Shown in pieces: positions 16,724 through 24,320 of a stretch of DNA of 64,000 nt (positions are counted from its first letter, which is position 1; each line of letters starts with the position of its first letter). Under the pieces are notes generated by a model, which was not told the DNA's origin, searched no databases, and saw only the letters and a program-made list of their open reading frames with translations. The stretch comes from a virus (lineage: Duplodnaviria > Caudoviricetes), in the IMG/VR virus record IMGVR_UViG_3300036798_000504, positions 1,325-65,324 of that record; one strand, given 5' to 3'. The translations under genes and the position numbers were made by a program.

Positions 16724-17731
16724 ATGGCGCGCGAACCCACCAACTCGGTCGATCTGGCGCTCTCGGAACTCGAAAACGAGCCGCTGCCGACCCACACCCG
16801 CGATCATCCGCCCCCGGAAGACGAAATCGAGGTCGATTACGAGGGCGACACGCCCGAAACGGCCGAAAAACCCGCGTCAGAGCCCGAAAAACGCGAAATC
16901 GACGCCGACGAGGGCATCGATACCCTGCGCGCGCGCCTGCAGGCCTCGGATTTGGCCCGCCGGCAGGCCGAAGACCGCGCCAACGCCGCCGAACGGGCCC
17001 GCGCCGACGCCGCCGGCAACACCCAGGAGGCCAACGTCAGCTTCCTGACCTCGGCGCTCGACAGCGTGCGCCAGGGGATGGGGATTCTGGAAGCGAATCT
17101 GGCGCAGGCCTATGCGGAACAGGACTTTGCCGCGGCCGCGAAGATTCAGACCGAACTGGCGCGCGCCGCGCAGCGCGAAGGCCAGATCGACGCCGGCCTG
17201 GAGCAGCTAAAGGCGATGCCGCGCGACCAGCCGCGCGCCATGCCGCGCGAGCAGGACCAAGTCGAGGCGGTCGCCAGCCAACTCACCCCCAACGCCGCCG
17301 CCTGGGTGCGCCAGCACCCCGACTACATCACCGACCCGCAGAAGAACGCGCGGTTGATGAGCGCCCACTACGACGCGATGGCCAACGGGCTGGTCGGCGA
17401 CAGCCCCGAGTACATCCGCTACGTCGAGCAGCACGTCGGGCTCGGCGGACAGCGCGCCGGCGCCAACGGCGATGGCCGGCGAGACCCTCCAGTCGAAAGG
17501 CGAGACCCCGTGGCCGAACGTCGTACCGCGCCCCCGGCCGCTCCGGTGAGCCGGCAAGGCGCCAGCCAGTCCAATCCGCAGCGCGTCACGTTGACGCGCG
17601 AGGAGCGCGAGATGGCGCGCGAGACCTTCCCCGACGAGCTTGCGAAGGACCCCACCGGGCGCAAGTCCGAGCAGGCCTACGCGCGCAACAAGCTGATCCT
17701 GCAGCGCGAAGGCCGCATGAAGGTGAACTGA
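16724..17731 (+). CDS. Capsid scaffolding protein (putative)
   Basis: Acidic N-terminus, long coiled coil, C-terminal VTLTREEREMA...YARNKL; upstream of the capsid genes. Confidence 0.75.
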   Translation: MAREPTNSVDLALSELENEPLPTHTRDHPPPEDEIEVDYEGDTPETAEKPASEPEKREIDADEGIDTLRARLQASDLARRQAEDRANAAERARADAAGNTQEANVSFLTSALDSVRQGMGILEANLAQAYAEQDFAAAAKIQTELARAAQREGQIDAGLEQLKAMPRDQPRAMPREQDQVEAVASQLTPNAAAWVRQHPDYITDPQKNARLMSAHYDAMANGLVGDSPEYIRYVEQHVGLGGQRAGANGDGRRDPPVERRDPVAERRTAPPAAPVSRQGASQSNPQRVTLTREEREMARETFPDELAKDPTGRKSEQAYARNKLILQREGRMKVN

Positions 17732-17732
17732 G

Positions 17733-18482
17733 ATGGTCAGCCACAACCCGCGCTCTGCCAGCTACCGCTCGCGCCCCCGCAAGCCGCGCGCCCATGATGC
17801 GCCGGATGTCGAGGCGCTGATGAACGGCACCACGACGGCGAAGCCGCCGCCGATTGTTTCACGTGAAACAAAAGCTTCACCACAAACCGCGCGCGAAGGG
17901 GCGGGGGACGACGTTGGGTCTGCGGGGTCCGCCGCAGCGTTCGCCCGCCCCGATCCGCGCGGTGAGGTGCGACCCGAGATGCGCGCCAGCGAGGCGCCGC
18001 ACGAGATGACCTCGCGCGAGCGGGCCGAGCGGCGCACCGCCGAGATCATGGGGCACCTCGACGAGAACCTCGACGAGGGCGTCGACGAACTCTTCATCGA
18101 GGACGCGATGGTCCCCGACGGCTGGACCTACGAGTGGAAGCGCCAGACCGTCTACGGCAAGTCCGACCCGGCCTACGATACCAAGCTGGCCAGGACCGGC
18201 TGGGAGACGGTGCCGGCGACCCGCCACCCGGCGATGATGCCGAAGGGCTCGCGCGGCGAGATCACCCGCGACGGGCTGGTGCTGATGGAGCGGCCGAAGG
18301 CGATCACCGACCGGGTCAAGCAGATCATGTACCGCAAGGCCAAGGGCGCGGTGGCGCTGAAAGAGCAGCAACTCAACGATAACCCCGAGGGCACCTTCGC
18401 CCGCGTCGATGAGAGCGGCCGGCCCACCGCCCGGGTGCGCGTCAGCCACTCGCCGGTCGAGATTCCGGTGCCCACCGAGTGA
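17733..18482 (+). CDS. Conserved hypothetical head-module protein
   Basis: PDGWTYEWKR...GWETVPATRHP...GLVLMERP motif recalled from related podophages. Confidence 0.75.
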   Translation: MVSHNPRSASYRSRPRKPRAHDAPDVEALMNGTTTAKPPPIVSRETKASPQTAREGAGDDVGSAGSAAAFARPDPRGEVRPEMRASEAPHEMTSRERAERRTAEIMGHLDENLDEGVDELFIEDAMVPDGWTYEWKRQTVYGKSDPAYDTKLARTGWETVPATRHPAMMPKGSRGEITRDGLVLMERPKAITDRVKQIMYRKAKGAVALKEQQLNDNPEGTFARVDESGRPTARVRVSHSPVEIPVPTE

Positions 18483-18598
18483 AGTGGTTCGCGCTCTGGA
18501 TCGGGCTGTCGTTCGTCTTCGGCGCGATCTGGGCGGCGTGGCGCTGGCCGAACCACCACGACGACCCTGACGACCCCGACCTGGAGGGGCTCAGTTGA
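18479..18598 (+). CDS. 39-aa single-TM protein MKWFALWIGLSFVFGAIWAAWRWPNHHDDPDDPDLEGLS
   Basis: GTG 18479 overlaps the upstream TGA; its TGA overlaps the next TTG start; not in the ORF track. Confidence 0.7.
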   Translation: MKWFALWIGLSFVFGAIWAAWRWPNHHDDPDDPDLEGLS

Positions 18599-18879
18599 GC
18601 GCCACCGAAACCATCGTTGAGGTCCGCCTTCCCTTCGGAGCTACTCGACTGGAGGACATGGACCCGGTCGCCCTGATCGAGGCCACCCACTACGCGCGCG
18701 GTCGCGACAGCCGCGGCCTCATCGTGAACGGCTCGGTGGTGGTGCTGCGCATCCATCGCGGCGATCAGGTAGCGTCGATGCAGTGGCCCGCCACGAACTT
18801 CAAGCAGGCGATGGCCGACCTTGGCGCGGTCGCTGATCGCGAGCCGCGCGACGAGGACGCGCCGGATTTGCGGACGTGA
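18595..18879 (+). CDS. Hypothetical protein
   Basis: TTG start with SD GGAGGGG; GTGA overlap with the next gene. Confidence 0.65.
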   Translation: MSATETIVEVRLPFGATRLEDMDPVALIEATHYARGRDSRGLIVNGSVVVLRIHRGDQVASMQWPATNFKQAMADLGAVADREPRDEDAPDLRT

Positions 18880-19247
18880 ACCGCTGGCTGCTCAGCATCG
18901 CCGAGTGGCTCTACGTCGCGGCGGTGGCGCGCTACCTGCACCGCCCCGATCTGGAGACGCTGCTGCCGCCATCCGAGGTGCGCCGCCTCGCGTGGCGCGA
19001 GGTCGAGGCGATCCCCACTTCGATCCTCGCCCACTTCGACTACCAGGACCGCGAACAGCGCATCCTCAGCGACCGCCTGACGCGCCGCTTCGACCTCGGC
19101 ATGGCGCTGAACGAGGCCGCCGCGCGGGCGATCACCGAGAAGCAGACCAGCCGGGTGGCGATGCCGGTCGGCTACCCGACCGACAAGCAGAAGATGGCGC
19201 TGAAACTGCAGGAAGAGACGCTGCGCGAGCGCATCGGCAAGTCGTAG
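18876..19247 (+). CDS. Hypothetical protein
   Basis: Coupled ORF with G/C-ending codons. Confidence 0.7.
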   Translation: MNRWLLSIAEWLYVAAVARYLHRPDLETLLPPSEVRRLAWREVEAIPTSILAHFDYQDREQRILSDRLTRRFDLGMALNEAAARAITEKQTSRVAMPVGYPTDKQKMALKLQEETLRERIGKS

Positions 19248-19248
19248 G

Positions 19249-19278
19249 TTGACGACCGGATCACCGCGGCCGTAGCTT
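19249..19278 (+). promoter_or_regulatory. Sigma70-type promoter of the capsid operon
   Basis: TTGACG (19249-54), 18-nt spacer, TAGCTT (19273-78), followed by a structured 5' UTR of about 90 nt. Confidence 0.55.
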
Positions 19279-19377
19279 CCGCGCCCAGAACGGGTCCCCC
19301 GGGGAGGACCCAGGTAGGCCACTCAAGTCTGATCCGGCCCGGCGCTCGGCAGGACTTCCCATCAGGGACGTGCTGCT

Positions 19378-19986
19378 GTGCCCAACGTCAACGCACCCTA
19401 CGGCTTCCAACAAGCGCAAGGTCTCGGCGCATCGCCGACCTACGAGCAGGTGCAGGAGAAGATCGCGTCGACCACGGCGCCGATCTTCTGGGGCGACCCC
19501 GTCTTCCGCCTCGCCGACTCGACGATGGCCGGGCCCACCACCGGCCCTGGCCCAGGCGCCGCCGTGATGGCCGGCATCTTCCAGGGCTGCTCGTACATGA
19601 GCGTGGCCAACAAGCGGAAGGTCTGGTCGAACTACTGGCCCGCGGCGGACGTGCAGGCCGGCTCGACCAGCGACTGCTGGATCACCAACGATCCCAACGC
19701 CCGCTTCCGGGTGCAGGCCGGCAACTCCACCACCGTCGGGTTCGTGCAGGCCGACATCGGCATGAACGCCCAGTTCGGCTACGGGACCGGCAACCCCGCC
19801 AACGGCCTCTCGGGCGCGTACATCGACATGGCGGTGGCGCGGGCGGTGACCGCCACGCTGCCGTTCCGGGTGATCGCCCTGATCCTCGATCCGCCCGGCG
19901 GCCCCGGCACCCAGTCCGGCGCCTACAACTGGGCCATCGTCGGCTTCAACAACGTCGAGACGAAGTCTCTGACGGCGCAGGCATAG
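19378..19986 (+). CDS. Capsid-associated (decoration/cement-like) protein
   Basis: GTG start; MPNVNAPYGF N-terminus typical of the gene immediately before the MCP in this phage group. Confidence 0.65.
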   Translation: MPNVNAPYGFQQAQGLGASPTYEQVQEKIASTTAPIFWGDPVFRLADSTMAGPTTGPGPGAAVMAGIFQGCSYMSVANKRKVWSNYWPAADVQAGSTSDCWITNDPNARFRVQAGNSTTVGFVQADIGMNAQFGYGTGNPANGLSGAYIDMAVARAVTATLPFRVIALILDPPGGPGTQSGAYNWAIVGFNNVETKSLTAQA

Positions 19987-19995
19987 GGGCGGGTC

Positions 19996-20910
19996 ATGGC
20001 AGTCAATCTCGCAGCCATCAAGGACCTGCTCCTCCCGGGCCTTCGTGGTGTCGAAGGCAAGTACGAGCAAATCCCATCGCAGTGGGACAAGGTCTACACG
20101 CGGCACACGTCGAAGATGGCTCTGGAGCGCACCGTCGAGATGCGCTACCTCGGCCTCGCCCAACTGAAGACCGAGGGCGGCCAAACCCAGTTCGACAACG
20201 CTGCCGGCGAGCGCTTCATCTTCAATCAGGAACACAGGGAAATCGGCCTGGGCTATGCGATGACTCGCAAGTCCATCGACGACAACTTGTACAAGTCGCA
20301 GTTCCACCCGTCTAACCTTGGTCTGGTCGAGAGTTATCAGCAAACCAAGGAACTATACGGGGCGAACATCCTCAACGTCGGCAACGTCTACGACCCATCC
20401 ATCGGCGGCGACGGTGTTGCGCTGTTCGCGCCCAACCACCCCATCGACGGCGGCGTCTATTCGAACATCGCCGCCACCCCGGTCGACCTCAACGAGGCCA
20501 GCCTGCTGAACGGCATGATCAGCGTGCGGACCCAGTTCCGCGATCAGGCCGGGCTGCGGATGTTCTCGCGCGCCCGCAAGCTGATCGGGCCGCCGCAACT
20601 GGAGCCGGTGATGATCCGGCTCATCAAGACCGAACTGCGGCCGGGAACCGCCGACAACGACGTGAACGCCATCCACTCGACCGCGGGCGGCCTGCCCGAG
20701 GGCTACATGGTGATGGACTTCCTCACGTCGCCGTTCGCATGGTTCCTGCTGACGAATATCGACGGGCTCAGCTATATGACCCGCATCGCGTTCGAAACCG
20801 ACATGCAAGTCGACTTTGTCACCGACAATCTACTTGTGAAGGCTTACGAACGCTATTCGTTTGCTTACTACAACCCGCGGGCAGGCTGGGCCAGCTTCCC
20901 GACTTCATAG
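19996..20910 (+). CDS. Major capsid protein (HK97 fold, Mu gpT-like family)
   Basis: MAVNLAAIKDLLLPGL, GLGYAMTRKSIDDNLY, DGVALFAPNHP, DLNEASL, YLTSPxAWF-like FLTSPFAWF, KAYERYSF motifs. Confidence 0.9.
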   Translation: MAVNLAAIKDLLLPGLRGVEGKYEQIPSQWDKVYTRHTSKMALERTVEMRYLGLAQLKTEGGQTQFDNAAGERFIFNQEHREIGLGYAMTRKSIDDNLYKSQFHPSNLGLVESYQQTKELYGANILNVGNVYDPSIGGDGVALFAPNHPIDGGVYSNIAATPVDLNEASLLNGMISVRTQFRDQAGLRMFSRARKLIGPPQLEPVMIRLIKTELRPGTADNDVNAIHSTAGGLPEGYMVMDFLTSPFAWFLLTNIDGLSYMTRIAFETDMQVDFVTDNLLVKAYERYSFAYYNPRAGWASFPTS

Positions 20911-20919
20911 GAGATACTT

Positions 20920-21468
20920 ATGCAAGTCGTCGGCGGCCAACTGATCCAATCCCCCGGCAACCCGATCTTCCCAGGCACCCATGTCACCGGCCCGCTGCTG
21001 GCCGGCAACATCAAGGACTGGGACGGCGGCGCCGGTCTCGCGGGCCTCGGCTCGACCAACCCCGGCGTGCTGGCCAACGTCGGCTACGCCAAGATGATCC
21101 AGGCGGGGCGCGTCACCCAGGCCGCCTCGCCCGGTCAGCCGCCCGGGGTGTTCGTCAGCCCCGACCTCGTCATCCCCGCGCAGTCGCTGATCGTCGCCAT
21201 CGCCTCCATCGTGCTGGTGGCCTTCACCGGCGCCGCCTCGACGTTCGGCATCGGCAACACGGTCAACCCCATCGCCTTCACGCCCGCCGGCGCCATGACC
21301 GCGCCGGCCACCGAGGTGATCACCGCCGCCGTCGCCCCGCAACTGCAGAACTGGCTGAACTGCGGACCCATCGACGAGCAGTTCGTGTTCACCAGTTCGA
21401 ACACCGGCGCCGGCGTGATGATCGTCCTCATCGAGTACATCCAGGGGATCAACGCCGCGACCAGCTAG
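20920..21468 (+). CDS. Putative virion structural protein
   Basis: Follows the MCP; THVTGPLLAG N-terminal motif, beta-rich. Confidence 0.65.
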   Translation: MQVVGGQLIQSPGNPIFPGTHVTGPLLAGNIKDWDGGAGLAGLGSTNPGVLANVGYAKMIQAGRVTQAASPGQPPGVFVSPDLVIPAQSLIVAIASIVLVAFTGAASTFGIGNTVNPIAFTPAGAMTAPATEVITAAVAPQLQNWLNCGPIDEQFVFTSSNTGAGVMIVLIEYIQGINAATS

Positions 21469-21495
21469 ACCAGAACAGAACGAAGGGTCTGAACG

Positions 21496-21771
21496 ATGAA
21501 GACGATTGCGAGGCGCCGCGGCGGCAAGACCGACGACAAGGGCCGGGCGGCGATCTCCAGGCACCACGAGACGGACGGCGACGGTATGGCCGACCTCGAC
21601 CACGCCAAGCACGTCGGGCCGGTGCGTGGTGAGCACGGCAAGCACACCAGCGCGCGCAGCCCTCGCAAGGGCGGCGGCCACGTCGCCGGCTCGGTCGGCG
21701 CCGACCGGCGTCCGTTCTCGTCAGCCGCCCACGGCACCGAGCCGAAGGGCCGCCACACGATGGACGACTGA
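21496..21771 (+). CDS. Small basic protein with RRGG/RKGG motifs
   Basis: RRRGGKT, RKGGGHV; His/Arg-rich. Confidence 0.7.
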   Translation: MKTIARRRGGKTDDKGRAAISRHHETDGDGMADLDHAKHVGPVRGEHGKHTSARSPRKGGGHVAGSVGADRRPFSSAAHGTEPKGRHTMDD

Positions 21772-21787
21772 CGGGTAGGAGGGCCCC

Positions 21788-22639
21788 ATGCGGCCGATCA
21801 CCGTCAACGTCGGGCCGCTCGCCGCCGTGTCGAGCATAGGCGCGCCGATCCCGATCGGCTCGGTCGGCACCTTCAGCCTGAACCTCGTCCCGACTGGCGG
21901 CTCCAATAACGCCGCCTGGGTGGGCGTTGGCACCATCACCAACGGCGTGCTGAGCATCTCCTCGACGACCTCGGGCGCGATAGCCGCCGGGATGCGGCTG
22001 AACACCACCGGGCTTGCGCCCAACACTCGGGTGTTGGGTCCGGGTCCGACGCCGGGAACGTGGATCGTCTACCCGACGCAGACGGTGTCGCCGGTGCCAT
22101 CCATCCGCGGCAACCAAGTCGTCACGCTCGATGCGCCGCGGCAGGTGCAGATCGCCAACACTGAGGCCGCCGGGACCAACAGCTTCACGGTCAGTGGGAC
22201 CGACGCGGCGGGCAACCAGATCAGCGAGACACTGGTCAGCACGGGCGCGGCGGTCACCACCTCGCAGAACTTCGCCACCGTCACCCAGATCAGTTGCAGC
22301 GCGCCGCTCGCTGCGGTCGTGACAGTCGGTACGGCGGCGACGGCGACCTCGCCGCTGGTGATGTTTGATCCCTGGGCGACGCCGGCCAGCATCACCAAGC
22401 AGGCCACGTTGACCGGCGCGGCGACCTTCAGCGTGCAGATTTCCAACGACGACCCGAACGCGCCCGGTGGCCCGCCGCCCGGCGCCATGACGTGGTCGCC
22501 TGACCCCGACGCCACCTTCGTCGGCGCCACCACGCCGGTGGAGGGCGCCTGGGCGTTCGTGCCGCTCTACGCGCGGGTGCTGCTGACGGCAGGCGCGGGC
22601 TCGGTGCGGATGACGTTCGCGCAGCAGGGCAGCCCTTAA
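21788..22639 (+). CDS. Putative virion structural protein
   Basis: Thr/Gly beta-rich; contains a GTITNGVLSISSTTSGAIAAG unit like the tailspike repeats. Confidence 0.65.
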   Translation: MRPITVNVGPLAAVSSIGAPIPIGSVGTFSLNLVPTGGSNNAAWVGVGTITNGVLSISSTTSGAIAAGMRLNTTGLAPNTRVLGPGPTPGTWIVYPTQTVSPVPSIRGNQVVTLDAPRQVQIANTEAAGTNSFTVSGTDAAGNQISETLVSTGAAVTTSQNFATVTQISCSAPLAAVVTVGTAATATSPLVMFDPWATPASITKQATLTGAATFSVQISNDDPNAPGGPPPGAMTWSPDPDATFVGATTPVEGAWAFVPLYARVLLTAGAGSVRMTFAQQGSP

Positions 22640-22650
22640 GGGAGGCCCTG

Positions 22651-23343
22651 ATGCCGACCAGCGGCACCTTCACCTTCAACCCCGACATCGGCGAGCTTGG
22701 CCTCTACGCCTTCAACATCGCCGGCGTGCGCTCGACCGCGCTCACCCAGTCGCACATGGAATCGCTGCGGATGGCGGCGAACCTGATCAACAGCCGCTGG
22801 TCGGGCCAGGACGTGAACCTCTGGGCGGTCGACCTGCAGTCGATCCCGCTGGTGCCCGGCAACGCCACCTACTCCGTGCCGCCGAACACCATCGCCATCC
22901 TCGACGCCTACACCACCAACTTCGGGACCGGCGCGGCGCAGCGCAATCGCATCATCCTGCCTGTCTCGCGCTCCGAGTACGCCTCCTATCCGAACCCGAG
23001 CCAGCCGGGGCAAGTCACCGTCTACTGGTTCAACAAGCTGCTCAGCCCCAACATCACCTTCTACCTGACGCCGGACGGCACCAATCGCACCGTCAACTAC
23101 TGGCGGGTGCGGCAGATTCAGGACGCCAAGGTGCAGGGCGGCATGTCGCCCGAGCTACCCTTCTACTTCCTGGAGGCCTACGCGCTGGCGCTGGGGCAGC
23201 GGCTGGCGATGGTGTGGAACCCGGCGATGGCGGCAGGCCTGAAGACGCTCGCCGATGAGGCCTTCGAGATCGCGGCGAACCAGAACACCGAGCGCGCGGC
23301 GTTCTACGTCTCGCCGCAGATTTCAACTTACTTCAGGCCCTGA
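22651..23343 (+). CDS. Head-tail adaptor (P22 gp4-like)
   Basis: MPTSGTFTF, helical N-terminus, ISR-like VSRSEYASYPN, YALALGQRLA. Confidence 0.65.
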   Translation: MPTSGTFTFNPDIGELGLYAFNIAGVRSTALTQSHMESLRMAANLINSRWSGQDVNLWAVDLQSIPLVPGNATYSVPPNTIAILDAYTTNFGTGAAQRNRIILPVSRSEYASYPNPSQPGQVTVYWFNKLLSPNITFYLTPDGTNRTVNYWRVRQIQDAKVQGGMSPELPFYFLEAYALALGQRLAMVWNPAMAAGLKTLADEAFEIAANQNTERAAFYVSPQISTYFRP

Positions 23344-23345
23344 CG

Positions 23346-24320
23346 ATGGCCTACGCCTCCCGATCCGGTCGCGCGCGGACCTCTAGCTCCAGCCCCGAGG
23401 CGTTCGGCGTCTGCATGCGCTGCGGCTTCTGGTATCAGCGCCGCGAGCTTATCAACCAGATGCGCTGGCGCGGCGCGGCGCTGCTGCCGACCTGGGTGTT
23501 CGTCTGCCGGACCTGCAACGACACCCCCAACGAGCAGGAGCGTGCGGTGGTTTGGCCGGCCGACCCGGTGCCGGTGCAACTGGCGCTGCCCGAGGACTTT
23601 TCCGTCGCGAACTCGGTGATGGGCCTCGCGCTGCCGCAGCAAGAGACCGTGCTCATGGGTCTCGTCGACCTCGTGACGTACATGACCACGACCGATGGGG
23701 ACTACATGGCCGAGGCCAACCCCGAGGTGTTCTCCCAGGTCGACCCGATCACCGGCATCCCGCTGTCGCCCGGCGTAGGCATGCAGACGGTCGACGGTGT
23801 AGTTATGGCCCCGACCCCAACCGGGCGACCGCCTGGATACGACGCTCTGGTCAACCAGCCGGTCGCCACGAACGACGTGGTGATCTTCATGTCCACGACC
23901 AAGGGCGCCGGCATGCAGAGCACCGACGGGACCAACATGGGCACCGAAGAGGACGGCTTCGACGGCGCGCCGGGCGATGCGGGCCTGCCGAGCGGCACGC
24001 CGATCTCGATAGTCTCGCTGATGGCCGACGGCACGCCGCTGGTGCGCGCCACCTGCAACCGCCCGCACGGCCTGACCCTGAACAGCCAAATCTTCGTGCG
24101 CGGGACCGGCAACCCGCTCGCCGACGGCGCCTTCAGCGTCATCCCGATCACCGCCACCGCCTTCACCTACGGCACCTACTCGCCGATCCCGGCGGGCTCG
24201 CTGCTGGAGCCGGGCACCCTGATGGTGGCGACCCAGATCGGCCTGCCGCGCGACTTCCCGGCGCTGCCGCAGACCGGCCTGCCGGCGGCGCAGGCCCGCG
24301 TATCGAAGGGCGTGCAGTAG
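23346..24320 (+). CDS. Tail-module protein with N-terminal Cys motif
   Basis: CMRCGFWY...VCRTCND; C-terminal beta domain (TCNRPHGLTLNSQIFVRG). Confidence 0.7.
   Translation: MAYASRSGRARTSSSSPEAFGVCMRCGFWYQRRELINQMRWRGAALLPTWVFVCRTCNDTPNEQERAVVWPADPVPVQLALPEDFSVANSVMGLALPQQETVLMGLVDLVTYMTTTDGDYMAEANPEVFSQVDPITGIPLSPGVGMQTVDGVVMAPTPTGRPPGYDALVNQPVATNDVVIFMSTTKGAGMQSTDGTNMGTEEDGFDGAPGDAGLPSGTPISIVSLMADGTPLVRATCNRPHGLTLNSQIFVRGTGNPLADGAFSVIPITATAFTYGTYSPIPAGSLLEPGTLMVATQIGLPRDFPALPQTGLPAAQARVSKGVQ

Noticed and set aside
19984-20922. Three consecutive capsid genes in one frame, separated by TAG plus 9 nt (possible amber-readthrough fusions); also TAG-ATG joins at 24318-24323 and 53473-53478
   Set aside because: Each downstream gene has its own SD, often overlapping the TAG; in-frame spacing is expected by chance at about 1/3 per junction; there is no readthrough evidence.
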